A DNA stretch of 64,000 bases from Dehalococcoidia bacterium (GTDB taxonomy: Bacteria > Chloroflexota > Dehalococcoidia > SM23-28-2 > RBG-16-64-32): assembly GCA_963665775.2 (NCBI GenBank), contig CAXXTF010000002.1:1120001-1184000 (forward strand). The letters are read 5' to 3'. Under the pieces are notes generated by a model. It was not told where the DNA came from. It did not search any database and worked only from the letters and a program-made list of their open reading frames with translations. Positions 28,902 to 38,822 of the stretch are shown here, piece after piece. Every line of letters starts with the position of its first letter. The first letter of the stretch is position 1. A program made the translations under genes and the position numbers.

Positions 28902-31352
28902 ATGAGTGACCGCTACAACCCACAGGCCATCGAAAGCAAGTGGCAGGGGCGGTGGGAGGCGGACGGCCTCTACCGGACAGACCTGGGCGATGCCAGCTCC
29001 AAGTTCTACTACCTCACTATGCTCCCGTACACCTCGGGCGATCTCCACATTGGCCACTGGTATAGCTACATCGGCCCCGACATCCAGGCCCGCTACCGCC
29101 GCATGCAGGGCCAGAACGTCTTCTTCCCCATAGGCTTCGACGCCTTCGGCCTGCCGGCGGAGAACGCCGCCATCAGGCAGGGCATCCATCCCCACAAGTG
29201 GACCTACGACAACATCGACCGCATGCGGGGACAGTTCCGTTCCATGGGCGCCATGTTCGACTGGTCGAAAGAGGCCATCACCTCTGACCCGGAGTACTAC
29301 CGTTGGAACCAGTGGTTCTTCCTGAAGCTGTTCGAAAAGGGGCTGGCCTACCGCGCCCTGGCTCCCACCAACTGGTGCCCCTCCTGCCAGACCGTCCTCG
29401 CCAACGAGCAGGTCCTGGCCGACGGCACCTGCGAGCGCTGCCACACCGCCGTCACCCATCGCGATCTGGAGCAGTGGTTCCTCCGGATCACGAATTACGC
29501 CGACGAGCTCCTCGACTTCTCCGGCCTGCAGTGGCCGGAGAGGGTCATCACTATGCAGAGGAACTGGATCGGCCGCTCCGAGGGCGTGGAGATCACCTTC
29601 GGCCTCGACATACCCGGCGTCGACCAGAAGGAGCTTCGGGTCTTCACCACCCGCCCCGACACGGTATTCGGCGTCACCTTCATGGTCCTCGCCCCGGAAC
29701 ACCCCCTGGTCCCCCTCATCACCACGCCCGACCGTCGCGCCGAGGTCGAAGCCTACGTCGAGCAGGCCCGCCGTCAGACAGAGATCGAGCGCCTCAGCAC
29801 CGAACACGAGAAGACCGGCGTCTTCACCGGCGCCTACTGCCACAACCCCCTCTCCGACGAGGACGTACCCATCTGGATCGCCGACTACGCCCTCCTCTGG
29901 TACGGCACCGGCGCCGTCATGGGCGTCCCCGCCCACGACCAGCGCGACTTCGAGTTCGCTGAGAGATACGGCTTCCCCGTTCGCGTCGTCATCGCCCCAG
30001 CCGATTGGGACCGCGAACCCCTGGACGCCGCCTACCTGGAGTCCGGGGTGATGGTCAACTCCGCCCAGTTCAACGGCTTCCCCAGCGCGGAGGGCAAGGA
30101 CGCCGTGGCTGATTATGTCGAGTCTAAGGGCTCGGGCCGCCGCACCGTCTCCTACCGACTCCGCGACTGGTTGATCTCCCGCCAGCGCTACTGGGGCACC
30201 CCCATCCCCATCGTTCACTGCCCCACCTGCGGCGCCGTTCCCGTACCGGAGGAGCAGCTACCCGTCATCCTGCCTCAAGACGCCGAGTTCAAGCCTACCG
30301 GCGAGTCCCCCCTGGCCCGCCACGAGGGCTTCGTCAACACCCCCTGCCCTCGCTGCCAAGAACCCGCCCGCCGTGAGAGCGACACCATGGACACCTTCAT
30401 GGACTCCAACTGGTACTTCATCCGCTACCTGAGCCCCCAGTACGACCAGGGCCCTGTAGACCCCGATCTCGCCCAGACCTGGCTCCCCGTGGACCAGTAC
30501 ACAGGCGGCACCGAGCACGCCGTCATGCACCTGCTGTACGCCCGCTTCTTCTGGAAGGTCATCCGGGACTTGGGCGTCACCCTGGGGAGCGAACCGTTCA
30601 TCCGCCTCTTCAACCAGGGCCAGATCCTGGGCCCCGACGGGCAACGCATGTCCAAGTCCCGCGGGAACGTCATCGCTCCCGACGAGCAGGTGGCCCGCCA
30701 CGGTGCTGACACCTTCCGCTGCTACCTCATGTTCATCGGCCCCTGGGACGAAGGCGGCCCCTTCGGCCTTGAGGGGATCGCCGGCATCTGGCGCTGGCTG
30801 AACCGCGCCTGGAGCCTGATCCTCAGCGAACCGAACTTCGGGGCCGCCGAACCGGCCACCACCCGAAACCTGCGGCGCCTTACCCATCAGACCATCCGCA
30901 AAGCCACCGAATGCCTGGAGGGCTTCCACTTCAACACACTCATCGCCGCCCTCATGGAGATGACCAACGGCCTCATCCGCGCTCGCGAGGCCGGCCCCGT
31001 CGATCGCGCCGCCTGGGACGAGGCGACCGGCGGCCTGCTCCTGATGTTGGCACCTCTGGCCCCTCACATCGCCGAGGAGCTGTGGGCCCGCACCGGCCGT
31101 CCCTACAGCGTCCACCAGCAGGCCTGGCCCAGCTGGGACGCAGACCTGGCCCGCGAGGACGAGGTCACCCTGGTCGTTCAGGTGAACGGCAAGCTGCGCG
31201 ATCGCATCCAGGTCGGCGCCGATATCGACGAGGCCCGGGCCAAGGAGTTGGCTCTGGCCAGCCCCCAGGTGCGAAAACACATCGATAACCAGGCGGTACA
31301 GCGGGTTATCTACGTCCCCGGCAAGCTGGTGAACGTAGTAGTAGTACGATAG
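28902..31352 (+). CDS. leuS: Leucine--tRNA ligase
   Basis: LHIGH, FTTRPDT, GTGAVMGVPAHDQRD, SRQRYWG, RMSKS, VQVNGKLR. Confidence 0.97.
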   Translation: MSDRYNPQAIESKWQGRWEADGLYRTDLGDASSKFYYLTMLPYTSGDLHIGHWYSYIGPDIQARYRRMQGQNVFFPIGFDAFGLPAENAAIRQGIHPHKWTYDNIDRMRGQFRSMGAMFDWSKEAITSDPEYYRWNQWFFLKLFEKGLAYRALAPTNWCPSCQTVLANEQVLADGTCERCHTAVTHRDLEQWFLRITNYADELLDFSGLQWPERVITMQRNWIGRSEGVEITFGLDIPGVDQKELRVFTTRPDTVFGVTFMVLAPEHPLVPLITTPDRRAEVEAYVEQARRQTEIERLSTEHEKTGVFTGAYCHNPLSDEDVPIWIADYALLWYGTGAVMGVPAHDQRDFEFAERYGFPVRVVIAPADWDREPLDAAYLESGVMVNSAQFNGFPSAEGKDAVADYVESKGSGRRTVSYRLRDWLISRQRYWGTPIPIVHCPTCGAVPVPEEQLPVILPQDAEFKPTGESPLARHEGFVNTPCPRCQEPARRESDTMDTFMDSNWYFIRYLSPQYDQGPVDPDLAQTWLPVDQYTGGTEHAVMHLLYARFFWKVIRDLGVTLGSEPFIRLFNQGQILGPDGQRMSKSRGNVIAPDEQVARHGADTFRCYLMFIGPWDEGGPFGLEGIAGIWRWLNRAWSLILSEPNFGAAEPATTRNLRRLTHQTIRKATECLEGFHFNTLIAALMEMTNGLIRAREAGPVDRAAWDEATGGLLLMLAPLAPHIAEELWARTGRPYSVHQQAWPSWDADLAREDEVTLVVQVNGKLRDRIQVGADIDEARAKELALASPQVRKHIDNQAVQRVIYVPGKLVNVVVVR

Positions 31353-31426
31353 GGGATGCCAGCAGCCGCCGCAGCCGGCGGTGAATGCTGAACGTAGCCG
31401 AACTTTCTGAGATAATCGATTCGCCA

Positions 31427-31915
31427 ATGCCAACGACCTCCGCTTCTCGAGTCATCGCCGCGCCCCAGCAGGAGATCTGGGCCACGCTAGCGGACGTCAC
31501 CAACGCCAGCCGCTGGAACAGCGCCTGGAGCCAGATCGAGTTCACTTCCAGCCAGCAGGAGGGTGCCGGCACGAGCTTCCGCGCCCACGCCGACGGCCGC
31601 CCCTTCGAGTTCGAGATAACCCACTGGACTCCCCCCGAGCACATCGCCTTCGCACCGATCCGCCGGGACGACTCAGAGCGTTACGCTATACACCTGGAAT
31701 CCCAGGCCTTTCGCCTGCAGCCGGCCGACGATCACCACACCAACGTAGAGATCATCGCCACCGCTTCCCTGCACGGTATCCGCGGCCGTCTAATCGGCTA
31801 CTTCCTCTGGCGAGGCTACCAGAAGCCAGGCCTGTACAGTGCCCTGGACGCCCTACAGGCCATCTTCGAGCCGCCGGAGGAAGATGACATCTCGGAGCCT
31901 GAGGAGACACCATAG
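31427..31915 (+). CDS. SRPBCC/polyketide cyclase-family protein
   Basis: IAAPQQEIWATLAD...RW...GAGTSF...ITHWTPPEHIAF. Confidence 0.75.
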   Translation: MPTTSASRVIAAPQQEIWATLADVTNASRWNSAWSQIEFTSSQQEGAGTSFRAHADGRPFEFEITHWTPPEHIAFAPIRRDDSERYAIHLESQAFRLQPADDHHTNVEIIATASLHGIRGRLIGYFLWRGYQKPGLYSALDALQAIFEPPEEDDISEPEETP

Positions 31916-32061
31916 TACTCGCCGGACTGATGGCAGTAGGGGCTCCCTGGGTCTGACTCCCGCTTCCCTGCACTCGACCCGCACTTCACTGTCCCTGAGC
32001 CCCTCGCCACGAGCGCGATCGCCCTGGCCCTCACCTGGCCACGCCGGCCGGGGTCCGGAAC

Positions 32062-32523
32062 CTAGCCCGAGTGGTCCACGGCCCGCCGCTCCAGCGTCTC
32101 GCTCCCCCGTTGCACCATCGCCAGGAACCCTTCCAGCTCCTCCTGCAACCGCTTCAACGTCTGGAGCGCGTAGACATCCGCCTCCCTCATCTGTGCCCGG
32201 CTCACCTCCTGGGCATCATCCAGGCGCGCCGCGGCCTGCTCCTCCGCAGCCTTCACGACCTCAGTCTCCGTCAGTCGCGCCTCCACCTCAGCCTGCGCCT
32301 GGGCCAGCAACCGGCCGGCCTCCTCCTGGGCCGCCAGCAACACCTCATCCCGCCTTTCCAACATCTCCCGGGCGTCATACACTTCCTTGGGCACCGCCAC
32401 CCGCATCCTGTCCACGAGGTCAAGCAGCCGCTGACGTGACATCACCGCGCCCCCGCCTACAGGCAGCCGTCTGGCATCTCCAGCCATCTGCTCCAGGCGG
32501 TCGATCAGATCTAGTATGTCCAA
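32062..32523 (-). CDS. Coiled-coil protein commonly found after coaD (DivIVA/ATPase subunit-like)
   Basis: LDILDLIDRLE...LLDLVDRMRVAVP.E...EADVYA; synteny rsmD-coaD-this gene. Confidence 0.7.
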   Translation of the reverse strand: MDILDLIDRLEQMAGDARRLPVGGGAVMSRQRLLDLVDRMRVAVPKEVYDAREMLERRDEVLLAAQEEAGRLLAQAQAEVEARLTETEVVKAAEEQAAARLDDAQEVSRAQMREADVYALQTLKRLQEELEGFLAMVQRGSETLERRAVDHSG

Positions 32524-32536
32524 ACGTGGAGTCCCT

Positions 32537-33022
32537 CTACCTCGTCCCGCCAAACTTGCTCTCGAGCGCCTTGAGCACGTTCGCCGGCACCAGCTCCCCT
32601 ACATCGTAGCCGAGACCAGTCACCTCGCGGATGCGATGCCCGCTCACGTAGAGGTGCTCCAGGCTCGCGATAAAGTATATCGACTCGATCTCCGGCGCCA
32701 TCTTCTTGTTCATCAGCGCCATATCCAGCTCTGTATCCAAGTCAAAAACCCCTCGAATCCCCCGCACCAACACCTTCGCCTGCTCCTTGCGGGCGAAATC
32801 CACCACCAGCCCGGAGAATGGCTTGACCTCGACACGATCCAAGTGACGCACCGCACCCTGAAAGAGCTTGACGCGCTCCTCGAGGGGAAAAAGAGGTCCG
32901 CCGGTCGCCACGTCGTACACCGCCACGACCACCCGATCGAACAGGGTCGCCGCCCGCTGCACGATGTCCACATGGCCATTGGTAACCGGGTCGAACCTGC
33001 CCGGATACACGGCTGTTACCAA
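32537..33022 (-). CDS. coaD: Phosphopantetheine adenylyltransferase
   Basis: YPGRFDPVTNGHVDIV, LVRGIR, ELDMALMN. Confidence 0.94.
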   Translation of the reverse strand: MVTAVYPGRFDPVTNGHVDIVQRAATLFDRVVVAVYDVATGGPLFPLEERVKLFQGAVRHLDRVEVKPFSGLVVDFARKEQAKVLVRGIRGVFDLDTELDMALMNKKMAPEIESIYFIASLEHLYVSGHRIREVTGLGYDVGELVPANVLKALESKFGGTR

Positions 33023-33033
33023 GACAACACCTC

Positions 33034-33582
33034 CTACCGGTAAATCGACACCATGCTATCGCCGTGCCTTCGTACGCTAGCCAGAGACAGCCGCCCTAGC
33101 TGAGCCGGCGGCTCCCCCCGCGCCCTGCTTTCGAACACGAGAACCGAACTCCCCGCCTCCACGAGCGGCGGTTCCGCCAACCGCTCCAACACTGAAAGAG
33201 CCATCGTGTCCGCGTAGGGCGGGTCCGCCAGCACCAGGGTATACACCCCCCCTAACCTCTCCACAGCCCGCTCCACAGGCAGGCGATGCACTCGCGCCTG
33301 CTCCTCGAAACCGGTGATGCGCAGGTTCTCCCTGATGACGACACAAGCCACGACCTCCCGCTCCACGAAGTCACACCACTCGGCCCCTCGGCTGAGGGCC
33401 TCGATCCCCAGGGCGCCGCTGCCGGCGTACAGGTCCAGCACGCGCGTCATGTCCGCGCCCATGGCAGTCAGAGCCGAGAACACGGCCTCCCGCAGCCGAT
33501 CGGTGCTGGGACGCGTTATCTGGGAGCGCCCCCGCGGGCCTTTCAGCCGATGCCCCTTCGCCCTGCCGGCGATGACCCTCAT
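33034..33582 (-). CDS. rsmD: 16S rRNA m2G966 methyltransferase
   Basis: MRVIAGRAKG, TRPSTDRLREAVF, LDLYAGSGALGIEALSRGA, DPPY. Confidence 0.94.
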   Translation of the reverse strand: MRVIAGRAKGHRLKGPRGRSQITRPSTDRLREAVFSALTAMGADMTRVLDLYAGSGALGIEALSRGAEWCDFVEREVVACVVIRENLRITGFEEQARVHRLPVERAVERLGGVYTLVLADPPYADTMALSVLERLAEPPLVEAGSSVLVFESRARGEPPAQLGRLSLASVRRHGDSMVSIYR

Positions 33583-33590
33583 CTCTGCTC

Positions 33591-35717
33591 CTACTGAGTA
33601 GGCTCCGAACATGCTTCATCGGCGGGCGGCCCTACGTTTCCGGAACTATTCACCGCCGTTACCACGTAGCAGTACGTTGTCCCAGGCTCCAAGTCTGAGT
33701 TCGTGTACAGCGTTAGTCCCACGGGCACGCTGGCCACGAAGGGGTACAGCCCTCCTGAGGCCGTACCGCGCCAGATGTTGTAGTGATCAACATCCTGACC
33801 CAGGATGGGGTTCCAGACCAGTGTGATCTTGCCGCTGGCCCCCCCGGGAATGGCCTCCAACCCGGTCACCTGGTCCGGCGGCGTACCGCCCGGCGTGGCG
33901 GTCGGTGTCGGCGTCGGAGACGGCGAAGCCCCAGGCGTGGGGGATGCCGTGGCTGTCGGCGCGGGCGTCGGCGTACCCGTCGGCGTGGGCGTGGGCGTAC
34001 CGGTCGGTGTTGGTGTCGCTGTGGACGTTGGCGTCGGCGTTAGTGTCGGTCCCGGATTCACCTTTACCGTAATCTCTTGGCCGAACCGATTCTCACCATC
34101 GCTTACGGCGAGCACTATCACGTACTCCCCCTCCTCAGCGGGAGCGATCCAGGTGGACGTCGTGCCTGCCTCCGGCTCCAGGTCACCCCCGTCCGGCGCC
34201 TGCCAGCGGGGCAACAGGGCATCGTCGTTGGGACGCACCAGGGACACGGCAGCGGCCTCCACCAGATCGTTCACAGCGGGCCAGATGTTCGCCACATCTG
34301 ACTGGGCAGAAGCATCGGACACCGCCAGGCCAGCCAATCCATGCGCCTGAACCATCTCCAGCTTGAAACCCACGCTGAAGCTATTCGCCAGGAAGATCGT
34401 CCTGCTCTGAGCGCCGCCGAAGGTGAACGTCACCGCCGCCGCGTCGTCGCTCCAGTGCAGCATAGTCCTTCCCTCACCGTTTACGAGATTAACCGCGACC
34501 AGCTCCACCGACACGCCCGGCAGTATCTGCCCCGGGTCCCCTGGCTCTCGCACCGCCACTTCCGACGCCAGCAGCATCGCCTGTCGATAGCCGATAAACC
34601 GCGTGACAGACCCCACACGTTCCACGCTGAGCGGGCTGACCACCAACATGACCTTCCCGGGGTCTACATCTTCCACGATCTGGCTGAGGGCATCGGGCAT
34701 CGTCGCCCAATACTCCAGCGGGTCGGCGATGGGCAACAGCTTGATCGTGTCCGCCACTTCCCCCAGCACCGGCCAATTGTAGGCCTGCGGCTCTCCCCTG
34801 GGAGGCGGCAGCGAGAGGCTGAGGCGCATCCCATTCTGGCGAAGCGCGACTCCCAGGCCCGTCACGAACTCCGTGAACGCCTCTTGAAGCGACGGGTCTA
34901 CAGACGAGTACTCCAGGTCGATACCATCGAACCCGCCCTCCTCAGCCAGCGCGGCGATCGCCTGAATGTGATCCGCGCGTAGCAACTCGTCGGCGAGTAT
35001 GGCATCGACTATGGCCCGCGCCCCCTCGTCGCCTCCCACAATGGTCGGTATCAGGAGGACACTTGAGCCTCCCTGAATCTGGGTCGGCGTCCCCAGCACG
35101 GAACCATCTGCCGCCGGCGCGTAGTCCCGCGGGCTCACGATGTCCACCACTGCTTCCGGATGCAAGCTCCCGCCTGCCGGGAGCGATCCCGCTACATCGT
35201 ATAGCTTGGCCGCCACCCTTAGAATCGCGAGATTGGAGGGCACGGACGAGAACTCTGCCGCACCCCGCGCGCCGTCGTCCACAAGATTAACGTCCGCAAC
35301 CCTTTCCCAGCGCGTATCCAGGAACGTGTAGAACCCCAACGTGGCAGCGTCGGTAATCCCGCTCTGCAGCGGTAGTTCAATAACGACAGCCAGCTCCTCC
35401 ACCGATTCGAACTCCACGAATTTGCTGGCCACCTTCAGGCCAGGCGGCAATGGCGGCGGATCCACGATCCTCCCTTCGATCCCCGCAGGTAGGGAGGGCA
35501 GGCCCGATCCGCCACCGTTATCATCCAATACGGATGAAAAGACCAAAACCAGGGCGATCACAACTGCCACGAAGGCGACGGTTCCGCCGATGATGAGGGG
35601 AGCCGGATCACGCTCCGGCCTCCGTCTCAACGCGCGGTCAAAGGGACCCTCGGACCTCGGCGGATCGCGCCGCGGCCGCCGCTCCGGTGGCAAATCAGGG
35701 GACGGTCTTTCTGACAT
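33591..35717 (-). CDS. Membrane-anchored GH18-like protein with Pro/Thr linker and C-terminal Fn3 domain
   Basis: N-terminal TM helix; FDGIDLEY, AYNW..LG..AD, GKVML; PT repeats; Fn3 LVWNP..YNIWR..LEPGTTYCYVVTAVN. Confidence 0.75.
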   Translation of the reverse strand: MSERPSPDLPPERRPRRDPPRSEGPFDRALRRRPERDPAPLIIGGTVAFVAVVIALVLVFSSVLDDNGGGSGLPSLPAGIEGRIVDPPPLPPGLKVASKFVEFESVEELAVVIELPLQSGITDAATLGFYTFLDTRWERVADVNLVDDGARGAAEFSSVPSNLAILRVAAKLYDVAGSLPAGGSLHPEAVVDIVSPRDYAPAADGSVLGTPTQIQGGSSVLLIPTIVGGDEGARAIVDAILADELLRADHIQAIAALAEEGGFDGIDLEYSSVDPSLQEAFTEFVTGLGVALRQNGMRLSLSLPPPRGEPQAYNWPVLGEVADTIKLLPIADPLEYWATMPDALSQIVEDVDPGKVMLVVSPLSVERVGSVTRFIGYRQAMLLASEVAVREPGDPGQILPGVSVELVAVNLVNGEGRTMLHWSDDAAAVTFTFGGAQSRTIFLANSFSVGFKLEMVQAHGLAGLAVSDASAQSDVANIWPAVNDLVEAAAVSLVRPNDDALLPRWQAPDGGDLEPEAGTTSTWIAPAEEGEYVIVLAVSDGENRFGQEITVKVNPGPTLTPTPTSTATPTPTGTPTPTPTGTPTPAPTATASPTPGASPSPTPTPTATPGGTPPDQVTGLEAIPGGASGKITLVWNPILGQDVDHYNIWRGTASGGLYPFVASVPVGLTLYTNSDLEPGTTYCYVVTAVNSSGNVGPPADEACSEPTQ

Positions 35718-35830
35718 TACTTACGGGGCTCGTTACCTAAGTTTATGGAACATTCGATGACGGCGCCTGGCGGTCAGGCGGATTGTAACACAGCCCCTTC
35801 CTTCATAAAACATATAGGGACTTGCCGTGC

Positions 35831-35917
35831 TTTACAAGCCAGTGACCGAGGGTTAAAATAGCGGGCAGAAGGTAACCGTAGTATCTGGCTGAGGGCCTAG
35901 CCCCCAGTCTCTTTTTT
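35831..35917 (+). promoter_or_regulatory. greA promoter plus leader intrinsic terminator
   Basis: TTTACA-17-TAAAAT (35831-35859); hairpin GGCTGAGGGC-CTA-GCCCCCAGTC (35887-35909) followed by TCTTTTTT. Confidence 0.65.
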
Positions 35918-35947
35918 ACCAGCGACCACGAGGAGTGTTAGGTAGCC

Positions 35948-36415
35948 ATGCCAGCCAAGGCAGTTCCCCTGACCAAAGAGGGCCTCGCCAAGCTCAAAGA
36001 GGAGCTGGAGAATCTCCTGACGGTGGGTCGTGCCGAGGTCGCCCAGCGTATCCATGACGCCAAGGAGATGGTGGGTGCGCAGAACTCCCCTGAATACGAG
36101 GACTCCCGCAACGCGCAGGCCTTCGTTGAGGGACGGATTCTCACGCTGGAGAACAGCATCCAGAACGCCGTCCTCATCGAGGAAGCCCACGACCACCAGC
36201 GCGTCAGCCTGGGCGCTACCGTCACCGTCATCAATCACAAGGGCGAAAAGGAGCACTACACCATCGTGGGCTCCGCGGAGGCCGACCCCAAAGCCGGCCG
36301 CATCAGCAACGAGTCCCCCGTTGGGCTGGCCCTCCTGGGCAAGGGAGTGGGCGACGAGGTTGAGGTCAAGGCACCCGCCGGCCTCCTCCACTGGGCCCTC
36401 GTCGAGATCACCTAA
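35948..36415 (+). CDS. greA: Transcription elongation factor GreA
   Basis: LTKEGLAKLKEEL, N.EYEDSR..QAFVEGRI, ISNESPVGLALLG; AGGAG RBS. Confidence 0.94.
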   Translation: MPAKAVPLTKEGLAKLKEELENLLTVGRAEVAQRIHDAKEMVGAQNSPEYEDSRNAQAFVEGRILTLENSIQNAVLIEEAHDHQRVSLGATVTVINHKGEKEHYTIVGSAEADPKAGRISNESPVGLALLGKGVGDEVEVKAPAGLLHWALVEIT

Positions 36416-36660
36416 CGCCCGCAATCATCGGCGCCACGCGGGCCCACCTCCAGTGACCGGCTGCTCCCACTTTGCCCCCTCCGCCCGACCGAGGAATCAG
36501 CTTTCCCGGCCCCTAACCTGGCGAACGACCCCAACGACAGGTAAAATCAGGCAGGGCATGAAATCACCGTCCGTCTGGGGCATAAGGGCTGTAGGCCCGC
36601 CCGAGATTCGGTCAGTCCCGGTCGACCTTCAGACGACGCGACGAGGACACAGCTAAAGCG

Positions 36661-38130
36661 ATGAGCGAAGACGAATTTATCGCCCTCCGCAGGACGAAGC
36701 TGGAGCGCATCCGCTCCCGCGGCGCTGACCCCTATCCCACCCGCTTTCATCGCACCCACACCGCGCAGGAAGCCACCGGTCTGCTCCAGGACGATTCCAC
36801 CCCTGAGGACACCGTTGTCGTGGCCGGTCGCATCACGGCCATGCGCCAGATGGGTAAGGCCACCTTCCTGGACCTGCGCGACGGCTCCGGCCGCATTCAG
36901 GCCTATCTCAAGCAGGAGACCCTGGGCCCTCAGACCTACGACACCCTCCGCGACATCGACCTCGGGGACATCCTGGGCGTTAGCGGCACCCTCTTCCGCA
37001 CCCGCACTGGCGAGCCCACCGTCCAGGTCCACAGCCTCACCCTTCTGGCGAAGGCCCTGCGACTGCCGCCCGAAAAGTGGCACGGCCTCCAAGATGTGGA
37101 GGTCCGTTACCGCCAGCGCTATCTGGACCTGATGGCCAATCCCTCCGTCCGCGACACCTTCGTCAACCGCTCCCGTATCATCTCCGCTATCCGCCGCTTC
37201 CTGGACAGCCGCGGCTTTCTCGAGGTCGAGACGCCCGTCCTCCAGGCCACCGCCGGGGGCGCCGCCGCGCGACCCTTCGTCACCCACCACAACACCCTGG
37301 ACCGGGACTTTTACCTGCGCGTCGCCCTGGAGCTCCATCTCAAGCGACTCATCGTCGGCGGCTTCGACAAGGTGTACGAGATCGGCCGTATCTTCCGCAA
37401 CGAGGGCGTCTCCACCCGCTACAACCCTGAGTTCACGATGCTGGAGAGCTACCAGGCCTACGCCGACTATACGGACGTGATGGAGATGGTGGAGGAGATG
37501 ATCTCCGGGGTGGCACAGGAAGTCGTGGGCGGCACCCGCGTCCCCTGGGGCGATACCAGCATCGACCTGACGCCGCCCTGGCCCCGCATCCCGCTCCGCG
37601 ATGCCATCCGCCAGCACAGCGGCGTCGACTTTGAGGCCCACCCCGACACGGAGTCGATGCGTGAGGCCGTCGCCGGCTGCGGCATCCCCGTCGACGAGAG
37701 CTGGGGTCGCGGCAAGCTCATCGACGAGCTCATGTCCGCCAAAGTCCAGCCCAACCTGGTCCAGCCCACTTACCTTACGGACTACCCCGTCGAACTGTCG
37801 CCCCTGGCCAAGCGGAAGCCCGACAACCCCCCTCTGGTCGAGCGGTTCGAGCTGTTCATCGCCGGCATGGAGGTGGGCAACGCTTACACCGAGCTCAACG
37901 ATCCGATCGACCAGCGACAGCGCCTCCTGGAGCAGGCCCGCCTGCGCGCGGCAGGGGACGAGGAGGCCGAGATCGCGGACGAGGACTTCCTCATCGCCCT
38001 GGAGCACGGCATGCCCCCCACCGCCGGCCTCGGCCTCGGCATCGACCGGCTGGTCATGGTCCTCACCGGCAACACCTCCATCCGCGAGGTGATCCTCTTC
38101 CCCGCCCTGCGCGAGAGGGGCCAGCAGTGA
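36661..38130 (+). CDS. lysS: Lysine--tRNA ligase (class II)
   Basis: RYRQRYLDL, GGAAARPF, FRNEG, ERFELF, GMPPTAGLGLGIDRL. Confidence 0.97.
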   Translation: MSEDEFIALRRTKLERIRSRGADPYPTRFHRTHTAQEATGLLQDDSTPEDTVVVAGRITAMRQMGKATFLDLRDGSGRIQAYLKQETLGPQTYDTLRDIDLGDILGVSGTLFRTRTGEPTVQVHSLTLLAKALRLPPEKWHGLQDVEVRYRQRYLDLMANPSVRDTFVNRSRIISAIRRFLDSRGFLEVETPVLQATAGGAAARPFVTHHNTLDRDFYLRVALELHLKRLIVGGFDKVYEIGRIFRNEGVSTRYNPEFTMLESYQAYADYTDVMEMVEEMISGVAQEVVGGTRVPWGDTSIDLTPPWPRIPLRDAIRQHSGVDFEAHPDTESMREAVAGCGIPVDESWGRGKLIDELMSAKVQPNLVQPTYLTDYPVELSPLAKRKPDNPPLVERFELFIAGMEVGNAYTELNDPIDQRQRLLEQARLRAAGDEEAEIADEDFLIALEHGMPPTAGLGLGIDRLVMVLTGNTSIREVILFPALRERGQQ

Positions 38131-38822
38131 ACACTCATCGCACGTTCCGCGCCGTCATCTTCGACATGGACGGCGTGCTATGGGACGGCGAGCCCCTCTA
38201 CCACGAGGCGTTCAACATCGTCCTCGCCCCCTACGGCCATCGCCTGAGCCAGGACGACTACATGCGGATCATCGGCCATTCCGTGGAGTGGAGCTGGGAC
38301 TGGGTGCACGACCGCTTTGCTCTACCGGACCCGCCGGAACGGTTCTTCCAGGCTTACGATGAGGCCGTCCTCCGGCTCCTACAGCGACCCGCGGAGCCCC
38401 TCCCCGGCACCCGTCCCCTCATCGACGAGCTGCGCCGCCGCGGCGTCCCCATCGCCGTCGCCTCCGCCTCCCTCCGACCGTGGGTGGACACCGCGTTGCG
38501 CGGACTCGGCCTCGACGACGCCTTCGGTGCTACCGTCTCCGCGAGCGAGGTGACCGAGTCCAAGCCGGCTCCCCATCTTTTCCTGGCCGCCGCCCGGCGT
38601 CTGGGCATCCCGCCGGACCGCTGCCTGGCCGTGGAGGACACCGCCGCCGGCATCGCCGCCGCCAAAGCAGCCGGCATGTTCGCCGTCCAGCTCCGCGCCG
38701 CCTCCACCGCCCTGCCCCCCCTTCCCGAGGCGGACCTGGTGCTGGACTCTCTGACGCAGTTCGACCTCTCACTTCTGGAGGCTTCCGCCTTCGAGGCGCA
38801 AGAGGAAGGGAGACCGCGCTGA
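38127..38822 (+). CDS. HAD-family phosphatase (beta-PGM/CbbY-like)
   Basis: FDMDGVL, SKPAP, AVEDTAAGIAAA. Confidence 0.9.
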   Translation: MNTHRTFRAVIFDMDGVLWDGEPLYHEAFNIVLAPYGHRLSQDDYMRIIGHSVEWSWDWVHDRFALPDPPERFFQAYDEAVLRLLQRPAEPLPGTRPLIDELRRRGVPIAVASASLRPWVDTALRGLGLDDAFGATVSASEVTESKPAPHLFLAAARRLGIPPDRCLAVEDTAAGIAAAKAAGMFAVQLRAASTALPPLPEADLVLDSLTQFDLSLLEASAFEAQEEGRPR

